Shown in pieces: positions 27,084 to 38,600 of a stretch of DNA of 64,000 nt. Location of the stretch: IMG/VR virus record IMGVR_UViG_3300036987_000310, positions 312,675 to 376,674 of that record. One strand, given 5' to 3'. Position 1 is the stretch's first letter. Every line of letters starts with the position of its first letter. Both the position numbers and the translations under genes were made by a program. Origin of the DNA: a virus. Its lineage: Duplodnaviria; Caudoviricetes. Below the pieces are notes generated by a model. It saw only the letters and a program-made list of their open reading frames with translations, did no database searches and had not been told where the DNA came from.

Positions 27084-27569
27084 ATGAGAAATCCATCCGA
27101 CGTATCTTTCGCTCTTCGCACAATTGCTGCGAAGCTCGAAAACTCAAATCAGCCCAGCATTGTGGCTGTCAAGAAAGACCTCAACGCGGTTCTCGTCGAC
27201 ATTTCTCCATATAGGAGAGCATGTAGGCGGATGGCTGCTCAGCTTGTTCTTTTGGCTGCTGGCGACGAGATGGACGATGCCACCAAAAAGGAGCTCATAG
27301 ACTTTGCGAAGGATAAAAGAGCAGAAGATGACATATCAAAGGATATGGCTAAAGAGATGTGGGACTCCGAGGCTGCAAAAGAACTGAAGACAAGCTGGGG
27401 TACAGCTGAAAGCGCGAGAACGGAAGACATCCTAAAACGGGCGTTAAAGAATGTTTCTGAAGATGCCATGGATTTCATCCGTGACCTTGAGGGTAAGAAA
27501 ACGAAGCGTCAGGAAAGGCGAGATGAAGGAGACGAGGACGTCTTCACTTCTGCCCCGAGGATGCGATGA
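27084..27569 (+). CDS. Hypothetical putative virion protein
   Basis: LRTIAAKLE motif; CTTTTGAT motif 14 nt upstream. Confidence 0.6.
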   Translation: MRNPSDVSFALRTIAAKLENSNQPSIVAVKKDLNAVLVDISPYRRACRRMAAQLVLLAAGDEMDDATKKELIDFAKDKRAEDDISKDMAKEMWDSEAAKELKTSWGTAESARTEDILKRALKNVSEDAMDFIRDLEGKKTKRQERRDEGDEDVFTSAPRMR

Positions 27570-27802
27570 TTCATCGTATAGCTGCCAGAATCGCTGCACT
27601 GTCTCAGCCTCTCTCTGAGAGATATGATTACGGAACGGCTCCAGAAGATTCTCTTTCAAGAGGAGAAGAACCTGAACGTTGCGAAAAATGTGGCCTCGAG
27701 CACAGTGAACACTCTTTGTGCGACCCTCAGGATTTTCGTTAGATTTTTAATTATAATTTCGCGATCGTCTTTGTAGAGTGTCTCTCGAATAGGAGAGACA
27801 TC

Positions 27803-28813
27803 ATGAGCATCAAATGGCAGCGCGGGAAGTACCTCAAGTTTTTTGCCAAGATGAAGATTCGTATTGGCGGAAAAGACAACACTGTCGACAAGATTGAGCA
27901 AGGGGACGAATTTGAATATGACGGCTCCATACTGAAGTATGCCGGGGCTGAAGTTTCATCCACTGGTCTTCGTGGAGCAATCGACGGCGGGTGGGCTAGT
28001 CTGAAAGAAGACGATGAAGACCCGATTGAGGCTTTCGTTCCTTCCAGAAACATCGCCAAAGCAACTACTGTGAACCGTGACCTTAGTCGGGTGCAGCGCG
28101 GTGGCGTCACGATGGACACCGATAGTCTTGACGAGGAAACTGTTTTGGAAGTTTCCGACCGCGGAAAAATGGAAAAGGCCAGTGGTGGGAATAGTCCCAA
28201 AGTGCTAACGAAGAGTGACAATCGTCGTGGCATATCTATGGGTGTGAGTGAAGCTGACTCTCAAGAAGGCGTGACCGTCGGGCGTGTTAGATCTTCTGCT
28301 AAAGTTATAGCCGATGTTGCCGCGAATCCAGGCCTTGCGTCATCGATTGAGAATCGTGGACTCGGAAAGCCCATTCTCGCTAAAGGAAAGACGGTTCAAA
28401 CGGAAGGCATCACGATGAAGGTGAGTGTTTCCGACATGGACCGTGGGCAAGTTGTTGGCGGAGAAGACGACGGGACAGTTGTTGGGAAAGTTCGTCATAC
28501 AAAGAAAGCCTCGACGGAAGGCATCGAAATTAAAGACACTAGCAACATTCGCGCTGGGTCAATTGCGGATGAAGCTTCAAAGCCTCGAAAAATCAAAATC
28601 GATACGAAGGTTTCCCCAAAGATCCGAATGGCTCGTCGGATTGACCCGAACTTTCCGGTAGATTGGTCTTTCAAGGGACGTCTTTCTGATCGCTTGGCTG
28701 CCGCCAAGTCTCATGGAATCACGCCTGAATTCCTGGAAGCCCTTTACGCGGCCGAGGGGGACCAATTCAGAAAGCTTCTAGAAAAGACTTTCCCAAAACA
28801 GTTTAGTTCTTGA
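27803..28813 (+). CDS. Hypothetical protein
   Basis: 336 aa; GGAGAG SD. Confidence 0.7.
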   Translation: MSIKWQRGKYLKFFAKMKIRIGGKDNTVDKIEQGDEFEYDGSILKYAGAEVSSTGLRGAIDGGWASLKEDDEDPIEAFVPSRNIAKATTVNRDLSRVQRGGVTMDTDSLDEETVLEVSDRGKMEKASGGNSPKVLTKSDNRRGISMGVSEADSQEGVTVGRVRSSAKVIADVAANPGLASSIENRGLGKPILAKGKTVQTEGITMKVSVSDMDRGQVVGGEDDGTVVGKVRHTKKASTEGIEIKDTSNIRAGSIADEASKPRKIKIDTKVSPKIRMARRIDPNFPVDWSFKGRLSDRLAAAKSHGITPEFLEALYAAEGDQFRKLLEKTFPKQFSS

Positions 28814-28846
28814 CGTTTTCGCTTTTGATGCTCCGGGCAGTTCGAC

Positions 28847-29194
28847 ATGACAACAAGAATTGCCGGGGCCATGGTGTACGTCCAGGAAGAGCTTTCTGAC
28901 GCTCGTTTGAGATGCGATGAGCTGAAGCATCTCATGGCGGAAGCGTTGGAGATGATCAATGCCAGCAGCAAAAGCGATCACTTCTATGCTGTTGCTGGAG
29001 ATACGATTTATTCTGCTCCGCAGATACTGACGAAGCTTGAAAAAGCTTTAGATGCAGCCGCTATGGCTGTTAATAAAATAGACTATGAAGAAATTCGTCA
29101 AGTTCTTAGACCTGAAAAGGTTGACGAGCTTGAACGAGTTCTTGACGATGTGCGCATGAGGATACCGCGCAGAACTGGAACGACTGAGGACTAA
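28847..29194 (+). CDS. Hypothetical helical protein
   Basis: 115 aa; CTTTTGAT motif upstream. Confidence 0.65.
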   Translation: MTTRIAGAMVYVQEELSDARLRCDELKHLMAEALEMINASSKSDHFYAVAGDTIYSAPQILTKLEKALDAAAMAVNKIDYEEIRQVLRPEKVDELERVLDDVRMRIPRRTGTTED

Positions 29195-29195
29195 C

Positions 29196-30335
29196 ATGAA
29201 AGAACCCAATGCCCCTCCGAGTGGATTTATCCTCAGCGATGCTGCAATGTATGCGTTCCAATGTCAGGACGTCTTTCCTGACTTGTTGAGCTTTGCTTCT
29301 GCAATACCTGACCACCTGAAGCCATTGTTTTTAGTCCCGGTGTATGTTCAGGTGGCTTCTGAATCCGATGCTGTGTTATCCATAGCTGCGAGAGTGGCCG
29401 AATTGGCTGAAACGGGAGACAGCGACGCCGCCGACCTTTTCAGTTATCAGAGCTTCGTAAACTATGACAACGAGCCGTCAATAACCCCTGGAAACGAGGG
29501 GTCGATTTACGATGCATATCAAACCCCGGACGACATTCCTGCAGCTCAACCTGGGGATCAGTTTGTTGGCGGGTTCCCGAGGTATGACGCTATCGAACAC
29601 CCACCGTCTGACACAAGCTTCATGACGGACGGGGATAGTACTGACTTGCTCATCAATGAGGGTTACCCATATCGGACGAACGAACAGGTCCGCCACTCTT
29701 TTACTAAACCCATGAGGGTTCGCATAGCTCTGAAGCCTGAAATGCTTCAAGAGCATGCTCCTGGAAAGACGAAAGACAGAGCAAAGACTTGTTCAGTTCA
29801 ATTTGTGTCGTATTACAAACCGAATCGCATGTACACATTCTCGGTGAATTGCGGGAATGTTCCACACATGGTCAGGGCGGTTTTGTCCGAAATTGATGAA
29901 ATCACAATGACGTGTGACTGTCCGTTTTGGCGTTGGGGAGGGCCTGAGTTTCACGCCAAAGCCCACAGTTTCTTGTTGGGAAAGCCGCGAGGAACGGCTG
30001 GGCCTCCTGATGTTAGGGACCCGAATCGAGAGCACTGGCTGTGCAAGCATGCATACTCAGTGCTTAGACGCCTTGAGCATCATGTCCAAGAGGTTGTAGA
30101 CGAGCATTGGGACGAAGATGAAGACGATCTTTTGAATAGCATAGATTCCGAATGGGATCGTCTTAGTGAAGAAGTTGAGATTCCACTTGAAGACCTCGAG
30201 GCAAAAGACCCAGGTTTTGAGATCGTGGAAGAGGAACCGGAACCGGAACCTGAGCCTGAAGAGGAACCGGAACCGGAAGAGGAACCGGAACCGGAACCTG
30301 AGCCGGAAGAGTTTCTAAAGTATCCCCTTCGGTAA
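29196..30335 (+). CDS. SWIM-type Zn-finger protein with acidic EP-rich tail
   Basis: CDCP..W..LCKH; IAARVA motif. Confidence 0.7.
   Translation: MKEPNAPPSGFILSDAAMYAFQCQDVFPDLLSFASAIPDHLKPLFLVPVYVQVASESDAVLSIAARVAELAETGDSDAADLFSYQSFVNYDNEPSITPGNEGSIYDAYQTPDDIPAAQPGDQFVGGFPRYDAIEHPPSDTSFMTDGDSTDLLINEGYPYRTNEQVRHSFTKPMRVRIALKPEMLQEHAPGKTKDRAKTCSVQFVSYYKPNRMYTFSVNCGNVPHMVRAVLSEIDEITMTCDCPFWRWGGPEFHAKAHSFLLGKPRGTAGPPDVRDPNREHWLCKHAYSVLRRLEHHVQEVVDEHWDEDEDDLLNSIDSEWDRLSEEVEIPLEDLEAKDPGFEIVEEEPEPEPEPEEEPEPEEEPEPEPEPEEFLKYPLR
30229..30310 (+). repeat. Glu/Pro coding repeat (GAGGAACCGGAACCGGAA..)
   Basis: EEEPEPEPEP units. Confidence 0.85.
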
Positions 30336-30343
30336 CGTGGCAT

Positions 30344-30736
30344 ATGATTTATGAATACGTTTGCACTGAATGCGGAAACGTTCAAGACGAGGAGTGTTCT
30401 GTGAACTCTTTCAAGGAGTTCAGACCACCTTGTGTAGAATGCGGGTCTGATTGCGAATACCGTTTTTGTCCATCAAAAGTGCATTTTGTGTTGAAGGACG
30501 GTCCTTCAGGATCATGGCCCTCGAAGGGGGAACGGTTTAAAAAATTTCGCGCAAAAGCTAGTGAAACGGCCGCCAGAAGGCAAAAAGACAGATACGCGAC
30601 TCCATCTCTTGTCCCAAATTTTCGCGGTAAAGAAACCGGAACATGGCGGGATGCCCAAAATGAAGCTATGAAGGAAGCCGGGTCTGCTGCTGCATCCACT
30701 TATGATGACAAAGTTAAAACTGAGATGCCGCAGTAG
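30344..30736 (+). CDS. FmdB-like Zn-ribbon protein
   Basis: MIYEYVCTECG..CVECG..LKDGPSGSW. Confidence 0.75.
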   Translation: MIYEYVCTECGNVQDEECSVNSFKEFRPPCVECGSDCEYRFCPSKVHFVLKDGPSGSWPSKGERFKKFRAKASETAARRQKDRYATPSLVPNFRGKETGTWRDAQNEAMKEAGSAAASTYDDKVKTEMPQ

Positions 30737-30809
30737 TCTGTCAGTCTTTTATCGATTGCGAGGTGTGGACGCCAATCGGTTGGTTAGTCATACCTGAAGG
30801 GAACGGTCG

Positions 30810-31436
30810 ATGCGCCAGCTGTCAATTAATCGCCGAAAGCCACACCTCGTCGACTTGCTTGTGGACAAAACCCCTGGAGCTTATTCATACAAACTAAAAT
30901 GGGGTGCGAACTTTGACACTTCACCGTTCGCTGATTTTCTGACATCCCCTCTTTCCGGTTTCAGGGACTCGGCTGTTGACGATGCAAGCAACATAACAAT
31001 ATATGGCGACAGGGTGCGAATTCTTTTCGATCCGACAACTTACGGAATTCCTGACAATACAGTTTGGTGGATCAAGTCTTCCCCATTAAATTCTGCGGGA
31101 GCGGAAATGTCGACGTCGGCCGCGCTCATGATTCTCCCGTCCCATCCGGGCGGAGCTTACTTTCCTCAGTTGACGATAACTGGGTCTGCGCCAAACGTTG
31201 CTACTTTAGCAAATTCCCTTGAAATCAACTTCCCTCAGCAGATGAGAGACGTTCGGATACAAAGCACGGCTGCGATTTGGGCTGCTTTTGACCCAAGTGG
31301 GCCGGAAATTCTGTTGCCGGGGGACCCTCTCCCCAAGGACATAAGTCGGTGGTCGACGCAGTCGGCGCTGTTTGTCAGAGGAAACGGGGCTGCTGTTCCG
31401 TTTTCATTGGTATTCACTCTGGCTTATACGCAGTAA
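30810..31436 (+). CDS. Putative structural protein
   Basis: Beta-rich, 208 aa, start of the structural block. Confidence 0.55.
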   Translation: MRQLSINRRKPHLVDLLVDKTPGAYSYKLKWGANFDTSPFADFLTSPLSGFRDSAVDDASNITIYGDRVRILFDPTTYGIPDNTVWWIKSSPLNSAGAEMSTSAALMILPSHPGGAYFPQLTITGSAPNVATLANSLEINFPQQMRDVRIQSTAAIWAAFDPSGPEILLPGDPLPKDISRWSTQSALFVRGNGAAVPFSLVFTLAYTQ

Positions 31437-31445
31437 GAGGGTTGA

Positions 31446-32288
31446 ATGCGGTTTTGGACCGTATTCTCCCGGTGGGTTGGTCCGGGCGGTCCGCCACTTG
31501 GCGGGGACACGCCACCATCCGGGGTTCCCAGTTCGCAAGACAACTTGCTGTTGGGAGACAAGTCTCTTACATACAGGGAAACCGGTCAGACTCATAGGGT
31601 CGCGGTTGCTTATGCTGGGTCTGGTCAGATATCGGCAGATCTGTACATATATGAGGAGGCAACTGCCTCTTGGTATAAAATAAGTGCTTCTCCGGTTGTT
31701 CTTCCGGCAAACACAATAACTTTTTTTGACGTTGCCGTTCCACTAAGCACGGCTGAGCGAATTCAAGGGGACACGACCAAACCTGGTGGTGAGCTCCAAT
31801 GCGTGCTTGTGCCATACAACCCGGGAGGCCTTGCAAACGGCGAGTATAAATTCGCCATGGCCCCAAATTTGTCCGAACCGTCGGACACTACCGGTGGTGG
31901 GGCGTCGTCTAATGTCACAATCGTTTCACCAATTCCTCTTCCCGTCTCATTTAGCACACCATCTACTTATTGGAATCCAACAACTGTTGGGTCCCTTGCA
32001 AACTCCGGCGTTTTTAAAAATTCTTCTGGAAAATTTTATCAGCTAATAGGGTTCAGCGACAAATCGTCAAGAAGGTATTTGATGCTTTTTGACTCTGCGA
32101 CAGTTCCTGCGAATGGGGCACTGTCGTGGACATGTCTTAGCGTTCCTGGGGGAGGAACTTTTTCCATTGATCTTCCTCGCCCGAAAAGTTTTTCTTCAGG
32201 ATTGTCATGGGCTGTTAGCACAACACCAAACATCCTCACAATTGATGTCACTGCTGGTTCTTTTTGGGCGCAAGCTGAAATGGAGTGA
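31446..32288 (+). CDS. Putative structural/fibre protein
   Basis: Gly/Ser/Thr-rich, beta-sandwich-like C-terminus. Confidence 0.55.
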   Translation: MRFWTVFSRWVGPGGPPLGGDTPPSGVPSSQDNLLLGDKSLTYRETGQTHRVAVAYAGSGQISADLYIYEEATASWYKISASPVVLPANTITFFDVAVPLSTAERIQGDTTKPGGELQCVLVPYNPGGLANGEYKFAMAPNLSEPSDTTGGGASSNVTIVSPIPLPVSFSTPSTYWNPTTVGSLANSGVFKNSSGKFYQLIGFSDKSSRRYLMLFDSATVPANGALSWTCLSVPGGGTFSIDLPRPKSFSSGLSWAVSTTPNILTIDVTAGSFWAQAEME

Positions 32289-32291
32289 CAA

Positions 32292-32579
32292 ATGGCAGTT
32301 TATGTCAGCCCTCCACCTCCCGCTCAACTTGTTGAGGGTGAAGTTTTAACTGGAACAATTGACGGAATAAACAAAACATTCACCACGACAGATAAGTTTA
32401 CCATGGAATTCGGTGGTGTTAACATAAAAGTTCATGTAAACGGGGTCAGACAAAGGTTCACCGACGATTATTCTGTGTCTGAGAGTGCTCCGGGAGCCGG
32501 CTTCGACACAATCACGTTCGTTGTTGCCCCGAAGCCGGGGGATAATCTTTTGGCTGATTATGAGGTGTTTACTGTTTGA
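32292..32579 (+). CDS. Small structural protein
   Basis: LTGTIDGINKTF..VNGVRQ..DDY..DNLLADY, a domain type seen in phage tail/fibre proteins. Confidence 0.6.
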   Translation: MAVYVSPPPPAQLVEGEVLTGTIDGINKTFTTTDKFTMEFGGVNIKVHVNGVRQRFTDDYSVSESAPGAGFDTITFVVAPKPGDNLLADYEVFTV

Positions 32580-32653
32580 ACATTCACCTCTTTATTTATG
32601 ATTTTCATTGTCGACATAAATCACAAACGCTAACAATCAGCAGGTAGGTTGAA

Positions 32654-34594
32654 ATGGGACGCACGTTTCTTCGTCAGGACACTCAGATCCGTCGTTCGGA
32701 TGTTTACGATGACACCGTAGCCCCGACTGAAGCGGCGTACGAGACCAATCCGGTCCACATCGAAGAGGACCTGAACAATCTCCGGTCTCAGGTCCAGAAC
32801 ATCCTGAACCGCAACGGCGCGTCGATGCCGGCGGGCAATTGGTACGACAACATCGTCGCTCCCAGCACGTTCGAGAGCGGTACCCAGCGGGGCGTCTCGG
32901 AGATCAACCAGCAACTACATGATCTGGAGCGCAAGCGCGTCCTCGTCGAGAATCACATCCTGACGGACATCACGGTCCCCGCGTCAGTAGCGGCCACGGG
33001 TAGCTTGGATGCCACAGGCGGCAACTTTGCGGCGGGCGAGACCGTCACGACCGGCACCAAGACCTACACGTTCACGAGCCCCCTCGGGTCCAATGACGGT
33101 GACGTGCTCCTCGGCGCGACGGCTTCGGACTCCCTGGATAACCTCATCGCCGCCATCAATCTGGCGGCGGGTAGCGGTACCCTGTATGCGGCTGCGACGA
33201 CGGCCAACGGCTTCGTGTCGGCGGCGGCCGGTGCGGGTGACACGATGGATGTCACCGCCCTGGTAGCGGGTTCGGGCGGCAACGTCATCGCCACTACGGT
33301 CATTTCGACGAACGTTGTTTGGGGTGCTGCAACTCTCTCAGGTGGTGCAGGCGATGTGGTGGTCCTGGCCCTTGGGGAGCTTCCCACCAACACCACGGCA
33401 GCGGTCGGGGCTGTCACGACCCTCGGCACCGTGGCTGCCTACAACTCCGTGTTCCCGAATCGGAGCCTCGCGGAGGTCGGCGGCACGACGGCCATCAGCC
33501 CGAAGAACCTGTCGATCATCGTGGACGCGGACACTCGCGATCCGATTATGTCAGGCGGTCGGGTTGTCTACGCCTTGTTCCAGACGGAAACCGCCACAGA
33601 CGGCCACACGATGACCGGTACGACTCCGAACCGGGCCATGCTTTCCTTCGTGCGGATCAACGCAGCGGGTGATGACCTGGAGTTCGTTCCTGCCTCGGAC
33701 ATCGCGGGCAAGGACATCAATTATACGACCAAGACCCGCAAGGCCATGGAAGACCTCACCGAGCAGGACTTTCTGCGAGGTGCGGAGATCGACGTCCCCA
33801 GCTCTGCGACGGTTACCCGGCAAGTGGCCTACGACAACCAGGGTACGGTCCCGGTTGACCTCACGACCAATGCGACCCTCGATCTGGAAGGCGCAGGTCT
33901 CATCTGGGCGATCCGGGACGACTTGGAAGCCAACCTCTTCAGGGTTGTCGAGGGTTCGGCTGGCGGGACGAGCACCGTCGAAGTCAGCGCTGGGGTGGAC
34001 ACCTTCGACGTCAACGCCGTGGTCAACGACTTCAACGCGGGAGCCACGATCAACTCTGGTGGGACTCGCCCCATCGCAGTGGGCGTGACTGATGGCGTCA
34101 TCGAGAGTACGGCAGGAGACCTTCGGGTCAATGCGACCACGGAACTCTTCCTCGACGACGGCAACCAGACGGGATCGACCTGGGCACAGACCGATGGAAT
34201 CAAGCTGTCGGAGACCACGACGGAGTGGGACGACTTCGAGACCATGTTCGGTGAGGTCTCTCTGCTCAACGCGATCCACCAGGCTGCCACCATGGGTGGT
34301 CGCAAGACCAAGGTCTACGCCAACGTCACGACTACGACGGTAGCGAACAATGACGTGGGTGGCGTGGGCGGCGGTGCAAACCTCGACGCCCAGCTCCCCG
34401 ATATGTCCGCGAACGTCTTCTTGACCGATTACGACGTGTTCTTGAACGGCAACCTGCTTCGTCCGGGTGCAAATGCGGCTGCGAACAACGACTACTACCC
34501 CGGTACGAGCCTTGCGAATGGTCAGCTCATGTTCGAATTCACGGTCAAGGTCAACGACGTGCTCTGCGTGATTCCGTACGGACCAGCGGTATAG
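32654..34594 (+). CDS. Putative virion structural/fibre protein
   Basis: 646 aa, Gly/Ala/Thr-rich; C-terminal DVFLNGNLLR..DY module; high GC3. Confidence 0.65.
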   Translation: MGRTFLRQDTQIRRSDVYDDTVAPTEAAYETNPVHIEEDLNNLRSQVQNILNRNGASMPAGNWYDNIVAPSTFESGTQRGVSEINQQLHDLERKRVLVENHILTDITVPASVAATGSLDATGGNFAAGETVTTGTKTYTFTSPLGSNDGDVLLGATASDSLDNLIAAINLAAGSGTLYAAATTANGFVSAAAGAGDTMDVTALVAGSGGNVIATTVISTNVVWGAATLSGGAGDVVVLALGELPTNTTAAVGAVTTLGTVAAYNSVFPNRSLAEVGGTTAISPKNLSIIVDADTRDPIMSGGRVVYALFQTETATDGHTMTGTTPNRAMLSFVRINAAGDDLEFVPASDIAGKDINYTTKTRKAMEDLTEQDFLRGAEIDVPSSATVTRQVAYDNQGTVPVDLTTNATLDLEGAGLIWAIRDDLEANLFRVVEGSAGGTSTVEVSAGVDTFDVNAVVNDFNAGATINSGGTRPIAVGVTDGVIESTAGDLRVNATTELFLDDGNQTGSTWAQTDGIKLSETTTEWDDFETMFGEVSLLNAIHQAATMGGRKTKVYANVTTTTVANNDVGGVGGGANLDAQLPDMSANVFLTDYDVFLNGNLLRPGANAAANNDYYPGTSLANGQLMFEFTVKVNDVLCVIPYGPAV

Positions 34595-34766
34595 TCTGAG
34601 TATCGCAGCCTCCCACAGGACCCCTGATGAGTATAAACTCGTGTCACCTTGTGGCTTGTTTCCCTGTGAAGGGATATACCAGACGTAGAGCTGGGCTGTG
34701 GGTTCCGACCTGAAGGGGTCAACGGGTCGGAACACTAAGGCTGTGACCTAATTTATGAGGTAACGG

Positions 34767-35279
34767 ATGGACAAGGGCGAGATCAAGGCGGCAACCGTTC
34801 ATGAGATTGGTTGCAAGTTCGAGGACATGTTGGAAGCGGCGAAGCTTGACGAGTCCCGCAACGAGGGGGCCAAGACGGCTTTACTGGTAGCTTCCAAGAA
34901 GGTGTCGGAGTTGAGTATCCACGTGGACAAGGACCTTGATGAGGGGGTCTTCGGGAACGTGGATGGTCCTCTCGCGGTTGCTGTCTTGATCAAGAAGTAC
35001 ATTACCCGTGCTGCGGCTGTTCTGGAGAGTGGGGCTGCTTCGGCAGAGAACCACCGGCTCATGTCTGCGGGGAGGTCTCAAGCCTTCCAGCAGATGATCG
35101 AGAACATGCGCAAGCTTCACGACCTCGAACTGGAGAAGTCGGCTCAACGGAAGCTGGCCGAGGTCGAAGGAGAGCGCCGCACTCTGGGGGTACATCCCGG
35201 AGCTTCCTTGAAGGAGCAGCGTTTGACCGAGGAGGTCCCGCCAGCCGTCAAGAAGCGTCCGAAGAAGACGAACAAATGA
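34767..35279 (+). CDS. Hypothetical coiled-coil protein
   Basis: GAGG SD, 170 aa. Confidence 0.7.
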   Translation: MDKGEIKAATVHEIGCKFEDMLEAAKLDESRNEGAKTALLVASKKVSELSIHVDKDLDEGVFGNVDGPLAVAVLIKKYITRAAAVLESGAASAENHRLMSAGRSQAFQQMIENMRKLHDLELEKSAQRKLAEVEGERRTLGVHPGASLKEQRLTEEVPPAVKKRPKKTNK

Positions 35280-35431
35280 CACCGACTCTGAAGGACATTC
35301 TAGAGCGACTGGACAGCGCCATTGGTGACTGGCAGGTCGGCTATGTCAGCTCGGCCCTGACCCAGATCATCGACTTGCGGGACGAGTTGCTGGAGTTGGT
35401 GGGGGGAGAGGACAATGCCCCCGACTCCTGA
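35276..35431 (+). CDS. Small hypothetical protein (51 aa, MTPTLKDILERL..)
   Basis: ATGA overlap; below the ORF-track cutoff. Confidence 0.55.
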   Translation: MTPTLKDILERLDSAIGDWQVGYVSSALTQIIDLRDELLELVGGEDNAPDS

Positions 35432-35660
35432 CAGAAAACCAGGGCGGTTAGAGGAAGACGACGAGCTTTTTTTCGTACCCAACACCACTCCCCCATCTGA
35501 AGCCGGGGCCATGAACTACGATGGCACCAGCTTCCAGATGAAGGACTCGTTAGGCACGTTTGACCCCAGATCTGGGTCGGCCAGCTTCGACGACATCGTG
35601 CTCGATGACTTCGGACGGATTGTCTACGTCGGCAACGGCGTGTTCGTGATGAGGGGATGA
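35415..35660 (+). CDS. Small hypothetical protein
   Basis: GAGGA SD; precedes the fibre gene. Confidence 0.6.
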   Translation: MPPTPDRKPGRLEEDDELFFVPNTTPPSEAGAMNYDGTSFQMKDSLGTFDPRSGSASFDDIVLDDFGRIVYVGNGVFVMRG

Positions 35661-35663
35661 CGC

Positions 35664-38600
35664 ATGGCTCTGCACCGCACCCTGACAGCCTCTGATGGCA
35701 TCCACATCGCGTTTGCCTTTTCCTACGCCGACGAGGCAGCACGTACAGGTGCGACCGGACTGACCGCCGACGACGTGGGCAAGATGGCCCAGCAGGTCGA
35801 CAACAAGACCTACTGGATCCTGTCGAACCATTCCCCCGTGACTTGGATCGCTGTGGCGGGTGGCCTCACCAACCCGATGACCACGCGGGGTGACGTGATC
35901 TTCGGTGGGACCGGAGGCAGCCCGAGCAGGCTGGCCGGTGTTGCAGGGGCCTACCTGCGCTCGGGTGGATCTGCTGCTGACCCGACTTTCGTTCGGGCCG
36001 TGGACGCTGACAGCCTCATTGCCAGCGCGACCGTGGGGGCTACGCCTGATGCGTCAGCCATCCTCCAGGCTGATAGTACGACCAAGGGCTTCCTGATGCC
36101 TCGGATGACCGAGGCCCAGCGCAATGCCATCACGACCCCCGCCGTTGGGCTCATGGTCTACGAGCCTATCGCCAAGCGAGTGTGGTTCTACGACGGGTCC
36201 GTGTGGTGCAAGCTCGTGGTCGGGCAAGCCAAGGTTGTCACGGTGGCGGCAGACGGAACGGGTGACTTCACCGGCATCCAGGACGCCATCGACAGCATCC
36301 TGGATGCAGCCGACCTGAACAGGTACGTCGTGGAGGTATCCCCCGGTGTCTACAACGAAGATGTGGTTATGGCCGACTACATCCAGGTCAGTGGTGCTGG
36401 ATGGGACTCCTTGGTTCAGGGGCAGATCGTATGCTCGGGCCTTGAGTACACACAGATCAACGATATGCGGGTCGAGTCGGAGAACAAGCCCGCGCTCGAT
36501 GTCGACTCCGTGGGCGGCGAGGTGAACGTCACCGGGTGCTTCCTGTTTGCTGGCTGGGACGACACGGCAAGCCCGGCCACGGTTCGGTGCTGCGTGGAGA
36601 TCGAGGCGGGAACGGTCTACCTCTACAAGGAATCAGAGGCTACCTGCTCGAATACGGATGCGGTGAACACTGCCCCGACCACGATCCAGACCGTGTACCA
36701 CTTGCAGGGCACGGACGAGATCTATCTGGAATGCTACGGGCAGTACGACTACATCGAGACGGTCAACGGCGGCAACACCCTGTGCTGCATCTACTCGACG
36801 AATACGAGCGAGGACACCGAAGTCCTGAACCAGCTCGGAAACATGGACTTCGCTGGGCTCGGGACGCACAGCAACCCCATCAGCCTGATCAAGCACGTCG
36901 GGGCGAACGGGGCTACAGGCTTTGCCTACAAGCAGGTTGCTGGAACCATGGGTTCTGGGGGCACGCCTTCGTTCATCGTGGCCGACTGCTCAAACTCCCC
37001 GGCCGCTTCCGTGATCCGAACTGCTTTTTGTCGATCCCGCGTGGCGGGCATTGCGGACGCCGACACCTACACGGCTCGGTCCACGCATGCGACGGACAAG
37101 GTGTGGGTGTTCAATCACCTGTTCTCCCGCATCGCCGACACGCTGCCTGGAAGAAACACCTCCGGGGGCAGCGCGGGAGCCTACTACTACACGATCACCA
37201 ACACGTTCGGGACAGGAAGCTCCTCGGGCCAGTTCAACGGCGTTGAGCAGGGCGCGGACGTGACCGATTGGACGAACGTGTCGGCAGCCCTCGGCGGGCA
37301 GGCGGGGGCAAACGCGGCCTACGTGTTCCAGAGCGATGGGGCTGGTGGTGGCACGATGGCGCCCAACGTGGCAGCCATCACCCGCAGGCTCAAGGTTGGC
37401 CTTGGCGGGGGTGTCCAGTACACGAGCATCAAGTCAGCCGTGGATGCAGCCATTGCGGGAGGAGCTTCTGCCACTAGTCCGTGGCTCATCGAGGTCTACC
37501 CCGGAACGTACACGGAGGCTGCGTTCAACCTCCAGTCGGGCATCGTGCTTCGGGGTACGGACGTACGTATGGATACGGTGTTCGTGGTTGCATCTGACCC
37601 AACGAACGACCTCATCACCAGCACGGGCGGGTACATCGCGGGGCTTAATCTGTCCGGAGTCACCACGTCGGGAAAGTGCCTCATTCGTTGTGCCACGGCC
37701 TTGTCCCTGACGGTACTGCATGGTGTCTCCCTGCGGAAGTGTGATCAGGGGTTGGTGGTGTCCAACGGTGCCAAGTGCATCGCCACGAGCTTCTCGATCA
37801 ACCTGAACGGTGTTGGGCAGACTGTCGGAACGGGCCTCTTCGTGACGGGCTCGGGAAGCTACTTTGCTGTCACAGGCGGGTTCTTTTCGTGCCCTTCAGC
37901 CTTGTTGCCGGGATACGCGGCCAACCCCATCCAGACGGGGGTGAAGGTGGCCGACTCGGCCAAGGTCTTCTTGACCTCCTGCACCTTTCAGATCGCCTAC
38001 AAGACAACGGATGCAGATGCGCTGTTCGTCGAGACCGGCGGCGAGGTTGGTCTATTCTCGTCCGAGGTTTCCGGCTGTGCAAACGCCACGCACATCGGGT
38101 CGTCAGGCACCGGGTCCAGGTTCATCATTCAGGCGGCCAGCTTCCAGGGGAACGTCAAGAACGGCTTCTGCGAGTCGAGCACTGGCCGGTACTTTATCCT
38201 GGCATCCGCTGAGGAACTCAAATGGGATGCGGTATCAGGCTCGGGGCTCAGCGGCATTACGCAGCTCCGAAGCTCCAGTAAGACCTACATCATAGGAGCG
38301 GCGGCCTACAGCTTCCCCACAGGGGTATCCGCAGACTTCCAGGGCTTCTTTCACGATCAGGTGTCCACTGGGCTTGGCGTCGGTGGAGAGGTCACGGCTG
38401 CCACTGGACTGACTGTGGACGTAGCAGCCGGGGATGGTTGGATCACGCGGCATGACCCCGACCATGACAGCTTCAACGTGTCCTGGGATGCGGAGGCATC
38501 CCTTGATCTGACGGCCAGCTCGACGAACTACGTGGTCTACAACTCGGTTACGTCTGGGATTGAGGTGTTGTTGTCCTCCCCTGGGGAGACAGCCATCCTG

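Noticed and set aside
34702-34733. 9-bp stem in the 34595-34766 gap as an ncRNA
   Set aside because: Single hairpin with no further support; could be a terminator
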